A stretch of 64,000 nucleotides of DNA from contig JANJGN010000006.1 in NCBI GenBank assembly GCA_026770705.1, positions 45,136,001 through 45,200,000 of the forward strand, given 5' to 3'. The translations under genes were made by a program, and so were the position numbers. The notes under the pieces were generated by a model. That model did not search any database. It was not told the origin of the DNA and worked only from the letters and a program-made list of their open reading frames with translations. Below, one piece after another: positions 39,196 to 52,300 of this stretch (its first letter is position 1; each line of letters starts with the position of its first letter). This DNA is from Isurus oxyrinchus (taxonomy: Eukaryota).

Positions 39196-41102
39196 GACAT
39201 TAGTCGTCTCAATTTCTCTGCTCCTCTCATCCATTCTAACCTGTCTCTCTCTGAACTTACTACACTCCATTCTCTCAGGTCCAACCCTGACATTGTCATC
39301 AAACCCGCTGACAAGGGTGGTGCTGTTGTTGTCTGGCGCATTGACCTCTACCTCGCGGAGGCTGAGCGTCAACTCGCAGATACTTCCTCCTACCTCTCCC
39401 TGGACCATGACCCCACCACTGAACATCAAGCCATTGTTTCCAGGACTGTCACTGACCTCATCTCCTCTGGGGATCTCCCTCCCACAGCTTCCAACCTGAT
39501 AGTTGCCCAACCTCGGACGGCCCGCTTCTATCTCCTACCCAAAATCCACAAACAGAACTGCCCCGGTAGACCGATCGTCTCAGCTTGCTCCTGCCCCACA
39601 GAACTCATTTCTCGTTATCTTGACTCCCTTCTCTCTCCCCTTGTCCAGTCCCTTCCCACCTACATCCATGATTCCTCTGACACCTTATGTCACATCAACA
39701 ATTTCCAGTTCCCTGGCCCCAACCGCTTCCTCTTCACCATGGACGTCCAATCCCTCTACACCTCCATCCCCTGCCAGGATGGTCTGAGGGCCCTTAGCTT
39801 CTTCCTCGAACAGAGACCCGAACAATCCCCATCCACCACTACACTCCTCCGTCTGGCTGAACTTGTTCTCACACTGAACAATTTCTCCTTCAACTCCTCT
39901 CACTTCCTCCAAATAAAAGGTGTGGCTATGGCTACCCACATGGGCCCCAGCTATGCCTTTCTCTTTATGGGGTATGTGGAACATTCCTTGTTGCAGTCCT
40001 ACTCCGGCCCCCTTCCACAACTCTTTCTCCGGTACATCGATGATTACTTCGGTGCCGCTTCATGCTCTCGTTGGGACTTGGAAAAATTTATTAATTTTGC
40101 TTCCAATCTCCACCCCTCCATCATTTTCACGTGGTCCATCTCTGACACTTCCCTTCCCTTCCTTGACCTCTCTGTCTCAATCTCTGGTGATAGACTGTCC
40201 ACCAATATCCATTACAAACCCACCGACTCCCACAGCTATCTCGACTACAGCTCCTCACACCCCGCTTCCTGTAAGGACTCCATCCCATTCTCTCAGTTCC
40301 TTCGCCCCCGTCGCATCTGTTCCAATGATGCTACCTTCAAAAACAGTTCCTCTGACATGTCCTCCTTCTTCCTTAACCGAGGTTTTCCACCCACGGTCGT
40401 TGACAGGGCCCTCAACCGTGTCCGGCCCATCTCCCGCGCATCCGCCCTCACGCCTTCTCCTCCCTCCCAGAAATATGATAGGGTCCCCCTTGTTCTCACT
40501 TATCACCCCACCAGCCTCTGCATTCAAAGGATCATCCTCCGCCATTTCTGCCAACTCCAGCATGATGCCACCACCAAACACATCTTCCCTTCACCCCCCC
40601 TATCGGCATTCCGTAGGGATCGCTCCCTCCGGGACACCCTGGTCCACTCCTCCATCACCCCCTACTCCTCAACCCCCTCCTATGGCACCACCCTATGCCC
40701 ATGCAAAAGATGCAACACCTGCCCCTTCACTTCCTCTCTCCTCACCGTCCAAGGACCCAAACACTTTTTCAAGTGAAGCAGCATTTCACTTGCATTTCCC
40801 CCAACTTAGTCTACTGCATTCGTTGTTCCAAATGTGGTCTCCTCTACAATGGAGAGACCAAACGTAAACTGGGCGACTGCTTTGCAGAACACCTGCAGTC
40901 TGTCCGCAAGAATGACCCAAACCTCCCTGTCGCTTGCCATTTTAACACTCCACCCTGCTCTCTTGCCCACATATCTGTCCTTGGCTTGCTGCATTGTTCC
41001 AGTGAAGCCCAATGCAAACTGGAGGAACAACACCTCATCTTCCGACTAGGCACTTTACAGCCTTCCGGACTGAATATTGAATTCAACAACTTTAGATCGT
41101 GA
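39196..41102 (+). pseudogene. PLE RT plus GIY-YIG endonuclease, 5'-truncated, one frameshift at ~40768
   Basis: Frame open 39196-40776: IKPADKGG, YLLPKIHK, GRPIVS, DVQSLYTSIP, QIKGVAM, RYIDD, PFLD, linker CPCKRCNTC; then VYCIRCSKC..YNGET..EH..E..LIFRLGT.QP.GLN. Confidence 0.95.
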
Positions 41103-41495
41103 GCTCCCTCCCCCATCCCCACCCCCTTTCTGTTTCCCCCTTCCTTTTTTTTCCAATAAATTATAAAGATTTTCCTTTTCCCACCTATTTCCATTATTTT
41201 TAAAAAAAATAAAAAAAAACACCCCCACTAGAGCTGTACCTTGAGTGCCCTACCATCCATTCTTAATTAGCACATTCGTTTAGATAATATCACCAACTTT
41301 AACTTTAACACCTATGTGTTCTTTTGTACCATTGTTGCTGACATCTTTTGATGATCTGCTTCTATCACTGCTTGTTTGTCCCTACAACCACACCCCCCCT
41401 CCACCTCTCTCTCCCTCTCTCTCTCTCTCTCTCCGCCCCCCACACACACACCTTAAACCAGCTTATATTTCAACTCTTTCTTGGACTCGAACTCA

Positions 41496-41534
41496 AGTTC
41501 TGTCGAAGGGTCATGAGGACTTGAAACGTCAACT
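41496..41534 (+). ncRNA. Minimal hammerhead ribozyme-like motif (variant core CUGUCGA)
   Basis: Stem I AGUU/AACU, stem II GGGUC/GACUU, GAAA, GUC triplet ending at 41530. Confidence 0.6.
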
Positions 41535-41699
41535 CTTTTCTTCTCCGCCGATGCTGCCAGACCTGCTGAGTTTTTCCAGGTGATTCTGTTTTTGTTTTTG
41601 TTTTGGATTTCCAGCATCCGCAGTTTTTTTGTTTTTATCTCTGTTTTGAGTTCATATGGCTCTTCGTCAGAGTCTTCAGAAGAATACTCTTCTCAGTTT

Positions 41700-42641
41700 C
41701 AGGAATGTCACACCTCGTTATGCCTAAACAGCTACCAACAGACAATCTGGGATTGTTCAAACCAATTTGAAAGGGAGCTGTAGGAAGGCCATTTGCATTT
41801 GATAAGCCAATCCTGCTAGTGGAATCAGTGGGTCTGCTGAGACAATGGCTTTCCAAACATCAGACCCTCAATACAAATGACACCCCTTTCAACCCATGAT
41901 AGCTGAGACATTATCAGCCCTGAAAGCAAATTCCAGAAGCTGGATAAAGATCCTGTGTTGAAGTAATTGTGGAGAAGGAAGGTCTTATGACCCAAGTCTT
42001 TGGCCTTTTGAACAGGTTAATATTGTATTTCTGGGCTGCGCAGGCAGTTTTGCTGTTTTACCATCTGACTGGCAAGCCACAAAGAAGCTGACTCTGTTTG
42101 GGCAGGGCAACTGGCCCATCTAACCTAACTCTGCTGGAAGATTTTGTGCCATTGCCTTCAGGACTGGTTCTAAGTCTTCATGTCTACTTCATCTTGCGAC
42201 ATCAACACCACCTGAAAAGCAAACCTTACAACTCTGATCTCCAGCCAGCTGAAAGCCTACATGAAAGAATTATTCATTGGCTCTGACTTTGGTTTACTTG
42301 AGTTCCAGAGTCCCAATGCTCAGTTTTCTGTGGTTCTGTACTGTAAACCTCCTTTTCTCTATCTCTCCCTTTACTGTGTGAATGCAGAGTGGGATGTTGC
42401 GAACACTCTTTTTTGTGGGTTTTGAATGTGTAAAAATAGACTAACTTTCTGAGTTAATCCTAACTCGAGACTGATGTGGGTTTATGAGTAAAAACTGAAT
42501 CACACAAAAGCCGAGAGGTCAGGAAATGATACGCCATCTCTTACTCTTAAATAAAAACTAATTCAAACCACCTTCTGTTTATGCACAGGTGGTAAGAGGA
42601 AAACAGGGCTGTTTGAACTAACTCCCTTCCTGCCCATAACA
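41700..42641 (+). mobile_element. Probable decayed LTR fragment
   Basis: Ends ...CCCTTCCTGCCCATAACA; a loosely similar terminus lies inverted at ~37833. No TSD or PBS found. Confidence 0.3.
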
Positions 42642-42973
42642 TGTGACATATGCAAAGGAGCAAGCAAAACAGAACAAGTTAAAGGGCAGAGGAGTTGAAA
42701 TTGATAAGAGTTCAAGTCCATAAGGAAGAAAAGAAATATATGTTCCGATGTTCCTTTGCTGGTCTTGAAATTCCAGTGGTGTTATGGCCGATGTAAGCTA
42801 GTTGTTTTTCTGGAGTCAGCCTCTTTTAAACTGTAATCCGTCTTTTTTCTAAAGTGGAGGCTGTGACATTTGAGGTTCCTTTCAATTAAAATTCTCTGTC
42901 TCTGTGATGTAGGCCAAATGCAACAGAGATTGCATCCTGAACTTGAGAATAGGAGTGAGGGAGAGAGAGAGAT

Positions 42974-43465
42974 GGGCCAAGCTTTTCCTCTCAGTGAGCA
43001 GGTGGGGCAGGGCCTGCTTGCCGACACGTAAAATGACACGCGGTGACATCGGGCAGAACACTCGGCATCACCGCGCCCCATTTAAATTTTCAGGTAGGCG
43101 GGGGCTCAGCAAAATCAGCTGGGCACATGCTGACCTGTCAATGGCCAGTTGAGGCCATTGACAGAGTCATTAAAGTAAATAATAGACCTGCCTGTCCAAC
43201 CTTAAGGTTAGCGAGCAGGCCGGGAGCCCTGGCAGGCATTAGAAAAAGCGTGAAACCTCATCCATGGGCGGGATGAGATTTCATGTAGGTTTTAAAAAAT
43301 TTAATTAAAGTGTTTTTAAAAGTTACAGACACGTCCCAACTCATGTGACAAGGGATTTTTTTTTATTTTTAATATTTTTTAATGAGGCAACACTTTGCCT
43401 CAGGGAGATTAGTGTGCTCTTTCGTGAGCATGCGTGAAAGACCGCACTCTTGGATTTAGGGATCA
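42974..43465. mobile_element. Harbinger-type MITE, right end missing
   Basis: Collinear with 20993-21615 (CTGTCCAACCTTA, AAACCTCATCCA.GGGC, CTCATGTGACA). Confidence 0.75.
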
Positions 43466-43469
43466 GGTG

Positions 43470-45060
43470 ACTTCTGGAGCCATTTTTAAAACACAATGCC
43501 TTTGCAGTTCTAGCTGTTTCTTTTCTTGTTTAAACTTATGGTTGCAGACATGCTCTATTGTTGGGTTGGCAACCGAGGTAGTTTTAAACTGAGTTAGATT
43601 CTGGATAGCATGCTGTTACATGGCTCAACCACTGGAATTAACTAATAATCATTTGGTAATATAGAACTTGAGAAATGCTGGGAAAAGAGATATTTTTGTC
43701 AAAGCATGTATGCCCAAATAGCTGGTGTCACCATCGGATCCCTTCTAGGCCCAGCTCTGGCAAACATCTTTGTTAGATTCCATGAGAAACATGTCTTCAA
43801 TGGAATGACACCTAACCTCCTACCCTTGGCATATTCTTGATATATATGTGATACGTTTGCTATATTTAAATCTGCAGCTGCATATAATAATTTCCTTACA
43901 TGTCCTAATGGGCGCCATTCTACACACAAATTCACCTTGGAAATGGAGCAGACAAATGAACTCCCCTTCCTTGACGTGCTATTTGAGAAACCTGCCAGAC
44001 GGTTCTCAAACCTACCTTCACTGGTTAATATAAGTGTTGGGATTCTTACAGATCCACATGCTATAGGATTGGTCTTAACGGCAGCATTGTGAATAGGGCC
44101 TGATCCATTTGCTCACCATGCAAGCTTGGTGCTGAAATATGGCACATCAAAGGCATCCTGTAGGATAATGGCTACCCTGATCAGATCATTTTGCCCTCTA
44201 TATTGCACAAACTCATGAACAGGTTTTGGCCCTGAAAAGTTCCCAGTCTACCTCAGATTACCATGGAAGTTTAAGGTATCTCAAATTTCAGCAACAGGTG
44301 AAGCTAGCTGTTTCACACTGCTACCATGCACTAGCAACATGAATGGTATTCACCACTAACAGAATGCTGCCATCAAGCCAAAAAGACATTCTGCCTGTCA
44401 CACAAATGAGTAATGTGGTATATGAATTTCAATGCCAGTGTGATGCTAGGTATGTAGGCCATACATCTCAAAGACTGGCGGATTATACAAATAGCATGTC
44501 CTTTCTACTGTTCACAATGGGCAAAGTACAAGCTATACCTAACCAGCCTGTGCTTGCAAAATTCAAAACAGTGTCTAACATTAGATGTGATTCCGCGATT
44601 GGACAACATTTGCTAAATAATCCTCAGGGCACTAAGAATTACGCTAACAACCAATTTACGATTGTCAGTCAGGCTTGTAGTGTGGTACACTTGCGTGTAT
44701 TGGAAGCTACATATATTAATACACAAGTCCCTGTTCTTTGAAGACAGAAAAAACATGTACACACATTGCACCTGTTTTAGCTAAACAAAATAAGTGACAG
44801 CCATTTGCTGGTTCATGACTCAGGGCAATGCCTTGACCAGTCAGAGTCAAGCTGCCTAGTTTAAAATTCCAAACAATTCTCGGCAGTTAACTGTCACTCA
44901 TCATCAACTGGTGCATTCTCCGTGGAACCATCTCTACCAGTCAGAGTCCAGCACTCTCTTCTCATACAGTATAAATTGTTGTTCCCTTTACATTTGGTAT
45001 TTTTGTGAATTGTCCTGATGAGTGCAAGATGAAAAGCTTTGGCAAAAATGTTTTTTTCAT
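43470..45060 (+). mobile_element. Degenerate Poseidon-type Penelope-like element (RT C-half plus GIY-YIG)
   Basis: YAQIAGVTIGSLLGPALANIF, FTLEME..NELPFLDV, NVVYEFQCQCDARYVGHTSQRL, SAIGQHL, LEATYI; no CxxC linker. Confidence 0.9.
45010..45045 (+). ncRNA. Minimal hammerhead ribozyme motif at the PLE 3' end
   Basis: UUGUC-CUGAUGA-GUGCAAGAU-GAAA-AGCUUU-GGCAA: canonical core, stem I UUGUC/GGCAA, palindromic AAGCUU stem III. Confidence 0.7.
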
Positions 45061-45319
45061 GAATGAGCTAGATGTACATTAAAGAGGATTTGTCTCTATT
45101 ACAATATCCTTTTCTTAAATGGTTGATTAATTTTACACTGTTTGGCTGAAATTTTTCCATTTGCTGTACTCAGTAGGAATAATTTTGACTTTGGGTGATA
45201 GTGCTAAATGGGCAATATTAAATTGAAGGCAAGGAAATTGATTTGGGAGGGACGCATAGCAAATACTGGTTAGATACTCCCCATCCTATAAAGAGACCTA
45301 TATTAGACATAGTGACATT

Positions 45320-45947
45320 GGCCTGAACTTTTATCTCGGTGGGTGGGTGTAATCAGTGGGACCGGGGTTGGCCAGGAAACGGACTGCCAACCAATTAACG
45401 GCCAGCCAGCATAAAACGTGCGCTGAAAAGCAGCGCTGCTGGGTTGGGGGTGGGAGGAGGATGGACGATGACGTCAATGGGCGAGCGCTGAGAGAAAGCT
45501 CCCTGAAGGCAGAGAGCTGCATCAGGGAACTACAGACCCGAAACTGTTCCAGTAAAGTTTTAAAAAGTAGTAAAAAATGTCTGAGCATCACAATCAAGCA
45601 CCTGAAAATGTAGATGATAAAAATTTTTATTTTATTTTATACCAGAAACCTCATCCCGCACTTGGATGAGGTTTCTTGAAAAATGTAAAGGACGCCTGGC
45701 TGATTCACCCGTCCACTAACCGTTAAGTTGGACGGGAAATGAAAAATAGCAGACAGTTGCGCTGTTAATGGGCTTAATTGCCACTTAATTGTCGGCAGGC
45801 ACGTTTCTGACTTTTGCATGTGCCCGCCTAGCAAAATATTGCACAAGTGCACAACGACGTCGGGATGCTCGCCTGACGTCATCTCACGTGATTTCATGCC
45901 CGATCAGGTCAGGCCTGTGTCTGCCCGATCAATGTAAAATTCATCCC
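45320..45947. mobile_element. Harbinger-type MITE, inverted relative to 20993-21615
   Basis: TIRs GGCCTGAACTTTTA / TAAAATTCATCCC; internal similarity to the 20993 copy. Confidence 0.8.
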
Positions 45948-46004
45948 ATGGTACTCTAGCTGATGCCTAACCAACATTTTGTATGGCAACAAAATGGTAT
46001 GCGT

Positions 46005-46102
46005 TGTTACCACTGCCACCGAAGGTGAACAGAGGTAACATCACACCCCCCCCGACCCCATTTGTTAGTCTGTTTGTCTGTAAGCAATATATTTCCAAAA
46101 CG
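46005..46102 (+). mobile_element. Helentron-associated (HINE/DINE-like) repeat, resumes at ~48672-48810
   Basis: TTACC...CCGAAGG...GAGGT hairpin, (GTTT/GTCT)n microsatellite, later GATTTCAACAAAGCTTGGT and GATCTGGAATCTGGA. Confidence 0.55.
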
Positions 46103-48670
46103 GGTGCGAGCAGAATATGGTGAGAAGGCCAAAAATTGGTTTTAAGCCTTCACGAAACTTGTTTGCGATCATCTGCTTCGCCCATCAATGGCTGGCCGCA
46201 TTTCTCACCATAGCATGTCAGGGACCTAATTTCAGTCCTTCAGCATCTCAATATAAGCCCTGCTTGCCGGAATTATCCCCCACATCAAATTTACCGTCCA
46301 CGTCGGCATCACTTCAGGATGGAGTGCTTCACGACTGCCTTCATGATGGTGTGCACCTGGCAATCTGAACATCGAGGGGAGCTCAGAGGTGAGTGCACAC
46401 AACCTTGCGCAGGGCTAGTAAGCAGCACTTTCGGACATTCGCAGCGGGCAAAGGTAAGTCACTTTTTCCTGGCTGGCTTTCAGTATGGTGCCAGGGCAAG
46501 GGCTCCAGTGTAGGTGAGGCCAAGAGGGCACAGGAGCCAAGGCAGCACAGACTGAAAGTAGTATGCAAGCATATGCTGGGAGCAGGGCGGAGGGTGGGGG
46601 GGTCGTGGGGGGGCAGGGGGTGGTGAGAGAAGCAGCCATGCACTTGGCAAGGAGACATTCTTGGGAGTTTATTTACAACGGAGAACATTATGTGATTAAC
46701 ACCCATGTACAGGCTGTGCGACCACACCTTCTTAACCTTCCTAACCCTTCTGCTATGCCTTGGTGCTCCCCTGACAACTACAGTGGAGATGAAGGCAGCC
46801 TGCTGACAGCTACACCATATCTGTGATGAGTTCGGCGTGCATCCGTTGAGACCCGGAGGGCCTGACCTGCTTTGGCTGTCCCGCTGTAGAACAACTGAGC
46901 CTTCCTCAGCCTGTTGAACTGCACTGTTGGGGTCACTGGAAGAGGAGATTTAGATCGGCCGGACAATCCCGGAGTCACCTGGGTGAATGGCCCTGGGGTG
47001 TGCACTTGCTGATCCTCCTCCCTATGTGTTTCCAATGGCCTCATCCAACTCCTTGAGGAGAAGGGGAAGCTGGAGTCAGATCGAGCTGCCCTGCACCCCT
47101 CTCGCTTTGACACTGTTGGAGGCCAACTGTGGCATCAGCAACAGAGTTCAGCCTACCCAGCAGTGCTGGGCCAACGTCCTGGACCAAGGCCTCCATGGTG
47201 GCTGCATTGACCTTGGTGCGTCGTCATGCTGGCGCTATCAATTCGGACTGAAGGCAGATGTACCCCTGCATCATCCCTTGCAATTTGAGGAGTGTACCAG
47301 ACATCCCTTCCTGATGTTCCCATGATTGTCTTTGCAGCTCCACTAACTAATTGAGGACCGAGTTCAGAGGCTCATCATCTGACTCAAACTCAGCAGATTC
47401 CTTACCTCCAGCAGTTGTCAAAGTGCTGGTGACCTCAGATGTCCCTGCCTCCATTTGTTGTGGAACGTATTGTGTGGTGTGCTCACCAGATTGTGATCCC
47501 AAGACTATACTACATCTAGGTCCCACCGAGGTGTGTGTTTCCATACTGGTGGAGTGTGTGGGTGAGTGCCTTGATTGGTCTCCAATGGTGCTGCCTTCAG
47601 GGTCCTCATCCGAGGTGCTCTTGGCGCTGGGGTTGGGGTCAATGTTGCCTGAGGGCAACGTGGCAGATGTGCCTAGGATAGAAAGTGGAGATTGTTAGTG
47701 CTTGGCAGCCACATTGAACACAAACAGTGGATTCAGAGTAGCACTGAGAGAGGGATCATGTGGTGCAGGATCCTCACATGGGTGTTTGCCACCGGCCTCA
47801 CCATTGCCTCAGGAACAGTCGATATCCTCTCCAGCAAGCTCCAACACGTGACTCTCAGACAGAGTGAGGACCTTGATGTCCAGCACTGCACCCCTAGTCT
47901 GGGGCCACTCCAGGTGATTGCGCATGATCTTGTCCTGCATGAGGACAGATGGAGAAAGTGAGCAAGGCGCATGCCAGGCCAAATGAGAAGGATGCCAGGC
48001 ATGCATGTATGCTGAGTGGAGCCATGGACAGGATGAGGTGATATCCAGAGGAGATGAGGCCAGATGGAGATATGAGGGTGTGTGTGAGAGAGTGAATGGT
48101 GATGTTCCTTGAGCTGACAGTGAGTGAGATGCCAGTGAATGTGTGATGGGCTTGTGAGTGGGTGAGTTGAGATTGATGAGATGGTTGACTTATCCTGGCA
48201 GCACGGATAAGATCGATCACCCTGTTTCTGCACTGGAAGGCTGACCTCTTGTGTGCAGCATTGGCACTGGCCACCTCTACCACTGCCCCGCAAGCCAAAG
48301 TGGTGAGATTGATGGGCCTCCTGCAGCCAGAAAGGGGGTAGAGGACTTCACGGCGGGTTGCCCAGGGATGTATCACTGAATTGGGGGGGCAGCACTCTCC
48401 CTGGCTTTCAGGGCCATGGCTTCACCAGTGCAGCCGAGGCTGCAAGCATTGAGAAATGAGCATGTGGCTGCATTTTAAATACAGTGCTTGGCATGGCGGG
48501 CCAATTGGAGGCCTGCCACCAGCGATCCGGCATTTTCTCCGTGAATGCATAATTTATGAGGTGGGAAGGAGAATGATACGGCTCAAAAACCTGCCATTGC
48601 GCCCAGTGAGTAAAATGTCTTTTTCCATGCGTGCTACCACACCGAGTGCAATTCCGGGACAATTCTGCCC
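46103..48670 (-). mobile_element. Harbinger derivative carrying a decayed, intron-containing Myb/SANT gene
   Basis: RREVLYPLSG.RRP.NLTTLA...V..V.SA......QCRNRVIDLIRAAR; next exon QDKI..N.....TRGAVLDIKVLT..E..VLELAGED; end AATTCTGCCC followed by TAA. Confidence 0.75.
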
Positions 48671-49274
48671 TAACGGGCAGATTTCAACAAAGCTTGGTAC
48701 ACAGATACAGTGTATACCATGGAAGAACAGATTAGATCTGATGAAGAAGCAGCTCCTGATCTGGAATCTGGAATGATTTTTAAGGATCTGTTAACATTGG
48801 GAGATAGGGGAACTTGACTTTAGCTTTAAAATGTTGTGAGCTGTCTTATTTAAAATGTTGTTGATTGTTTTAGAATGTTGTAGATTATCTCAGCTGCTGT
48901 GATGGAATTTGTCACAGCTTTCAAAACGTGAGCAGAATTTTCAGAGCAGCTCATTGGACGTGGTTTGGCCTGAAGCCTACTCAGTAATATGGAAGCTCTT
49001 ACTAAACATATTTCTGTTTTCAGCTTTGCAGTTACAGACCATCAACCAGGCAGGGAAAAGCCTCAAGGAAGTGCTATATAACTGTAATAATGTTGAGTTA
49101 GCACAGCATGGCAGAGCAATGCACTCTACTGAGTGGTGTCTTCACTTGTTCTACATGATTCTATATTATAAAGAAGCCTTTAATATAATGCTTTATCAAA
49201 ATCTTTCTGAAAGTCTACGTGAATAAGGTCTACTGGATTATCCTCATCCACCAACCTAGTGGCTTCTTCAAAAA

Positions 49275-49690
49275 TCCACAGCATCCACAAACATTCAATC
49301 CTTCCACCACCGACGCACAGTAGCAGCAGTGTGTACCATCTATAAGGTGCACTGCAGGAATTCACCAAGGCTCCTTAGAAAGGACCATCCAAACCCATGA
49401 CCACCACCATCTAGAAGGACAAAGGCAGCAAATAGATAGGAACACCACCACTTGGAAGTTCCGTTCCAAGTCACTCACCATCCTGGCTTGGAAATATATC
49501 GCCATTTCTTCACTGTCGCTGAGTCAAAATTCTGGTGCTCCCTTCCTAACAGCACTGTGGGTGTATCTACACCACATGGACTGCAATGGTTCAAGAAAGC
49601 AGCTCACTACCACCTTCTCAAAGACAACTAGGGATTGTCAATAACTGCTGGCCCAGCCAGCGAAGCCTACATCCCATGAATGAATTTTTA
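49275..49690 (+). mobile_element. 3' end of CR1/L2-group LINE inside an older minus-strand CR1 fragment (~49190-50000)
   Basis: Same tail as 7015-8262; flanks translate to FEEAT.LVDE.NPVDLI.VDFQK.FDK and W....VV.IFKKG. Confidence 0.8.
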
Positions 49691-51468
49691 AAAGTTCTAT
49701 TAAATTGGTAAGACATCGTATTCTTTTTTCGGAGCCTTACTGGATGTCCCTTATATGTCCTCCCTTGACCAAGTGTTTATATAGTACTTCCTTAATGAAT
49801 TGTTCGAATATATTACCAATTGCTGACATCTAGCTCTGGGCCCGTAGTCACCTGGATCTGTCTTGCCCCCTTTTTAAAAATGGAAACCACGGTATCCTCT
49901 TTCCAGTATAAAGAAACATTCTCAGATACCAGTGACCTATCTAAGATATGGACAAGAAGTGCACATATCATATGAACTAGCAGGTTTCTTAGTCTTTCTA
50001 AAATTATATCCTCATTGAAACTAGACAAGTTCAAGAAATAAGAGCACAAAGATATACTGAAAGGCTGAGATGGGCTAAATGAAATGGAAGGAGACTCATG
50101 TGAAACATCAATAACAGCATAGCTGGGTCAGGTGGCCTGGTTCTGTTCTGTATATTCTATGTAATTCTATTTCAATATTAATAAATTTATCATAAACAGC
50201 ACCACTTAATGCTATTAATTGAGCATCATCAGGAATGAAGACTGATGGAAAGTATTCATTTAGAGTCTCTGCCAAGCTGAGTCCTATTTAACCTTACCTT
50301 GCGCATCCTTTAATAACCAAATAGTCTTTAATAGTCCACTGACTCTTCGCATAGCCCACAACCTTTTGTTTCATTAGCATCTAAGCTAATCTAGTGGTTG
50401 CTTTTTAAAAAAAACTGTTAATGACATTTGTCTTTGTTTATCTTTGATAATAATCTTTGATTATATACTTTATGTGGTTTATATATTTAAAAGAATGTTT
50501 ACATTTTATTTACCTGTGTACATGACCAACCAGTCACTTTGACTTTTTCTTACTACACTCTGTTCAATTGAATTTGGGGATGTACATGCTTTCTAAGGCT
50601 GGAACCTTCTGTTTTGGAGTCAAGTTCAGTGACAGGCATGGAAGTGGCACGGATTTCCATTGGTTGGGGGGGTGGTGGTGGTTGGGTGAGGGCCGGCTGA
50701 CCACATGCGATCTTGTGGTGCTCAGCTCATTAAATATGCATCCACGAGAAGCTCGCCAATTCTCATGGTGTAGGCAGGCAGGAAGTCGCTATCCCTGCCA
50801 TTCTCTCATGGGGTCAAAAGTTCTGGTGACAAATTTAAAGGGCACCCAGACAGCCTGCCCTATCTTTTCCACCTTTGCCCAGCCACTGCTCCACCCTTCT
50901 CACTAACCATTCTTCCTTTCCTTGGTCATCCGTCACACAACTTGCACTGCCACCGCCCGTCTCAAGCATAGGCTGGCATTTACAGATGCTCCTCAAAGAG
51001 GATAATACAGGAGCAACTCACTGTTAATCATTGAAAAACTTTACCCTGCCAGGTGCATGCCACTTATGTAGAGTCCTGAAAGTGAACATTCTAATTTCTT
51101 GCTGGTATGGAACTTAATTTAGAGGATGAATCTAATTTAATTCCAGTGAGCTGGCCTTTTAATGAGCATGTATGACACGCTAATGCATGCAAAAGGACTT
51201 CCCAACATTATTCATTGGGAGGCTCAACACGCCTTTAACCTGCCTTTAAAGTCCCAAAAACTTAACTCCTAAAGTTCATCCTATCATCTGGAAACCCAAA
51301 TTCAGTTCCCTTGCCCCCCCCAAGCTTCCCAATGCTGGTGGGACCAGAAGATCCCCAACCAATGTGTTTTAGTTTGGTCATAAAATCTGGCCATTTGTAC
51401 TTTGCACCAGTCTCAGTCCCACCCAATAGGTCGACCAATTTACCTGTTCCAAATCCACTATAATTTAG

Positions 51469-51682
51469 GGGAGACCGTGACATAGTGGTAATGTTACTGG
51501 ACTTGTAATCCCAGAAACCAGGCTAATGTTTGGGAGACAAAGGCTCAAATCCCACTACAGCTGCTGGTGGAATTTAAAATTCAATTAATAACCTGGAGTT
51601 GTAAAGCTTGTTTCAGTAATGGTGACCATGAAACCATTGCCGATTGTCATAAAAACTCATCTGGTTCCCTAGTGTCCTTTAA
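51469..51682 (+). mobile_element. LF-SINE-like copy, 5' half (3' half at ~53961-54140)
   Basis: Breaks at GTGTCCTTTA and resumes at GGAATCTGCTGTCCTTACCTGGTCTGG. Confidence 0.8.
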
Positions 51683-52300
51683 GTAAGAACATAAGAGCTA
51701 GGAGCAGGAGTAGGCAATCCAGCCCCTAAAGGCTGGCCCACCATTCAACAGGATCATGGCTGATCTCATTTCAGCCTCAACTCCAATTTCCTGCCCTCTC
51801 CCCATAACCTTTCAACCCGTTACTAATGAAAAATCTGTCTATCTCCTCCTTAAATTTATGTAGCCTCCCGGCATCCACTGCACTTTGAGGGAGTGAATTC
51901 CATAGGTTCATGACCCTTTAAGAAAAGTAATTCCTCCTCTTCTCTGATTTAAATCCACCACCTCTTAACCTACTCATTCTGAAAGCCCCACAAGGGGAAA
52001 CATCCACTCCATGTTGACTTTGTCTTTCCCCCTTAGCATTTTATATACCTCAATTGGATCTCCTCTCATCCTTCTAAACTCCAGTGAGCATAGGCCTAAA
52101 CTGTTCAATCTCTCCTCATAAGACAAGCCCCACATCTCTGGAACCAATCTAGTGAACCTCCTCTGATCCGCCTCCAATGCTCAAGTAAGGGGACCAAAAC
52201 TGTGGACAGTATTCCAGGTGCAGTCTCACCAATGCCTTGTACAGCTGCAACAAGACTTCCCTATTTTTATACTCCATTTACCTTCCTTATTACTTGCTAT

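Larger units (their letters stand above)
38341..41641 (+). mobile_element. Young Neptune-type Penelope-like element with an inverted 5' arm (38341-39196 mirrors ~40741-41605)
   Basis: ~860-bp near-identical inverted arms; 12-bp TSD TGTTTTGAGTTC at 38329-38340 and 41642-41653. Confidence 0.95.

Noticed and set aside
39739-40776. 345-aa RT ORF as a functional or domesticated gene
   Set aside because: 5'-truncated at the inversion junction and frameshifted before the endonuclease; its intactness is explained by youth.
49024-49226. Acceptor-like site plus open frame (ORF 48909-49226)
   Set aside because: No clear donor, runs into a CR1 fragment, no recognisable domain.
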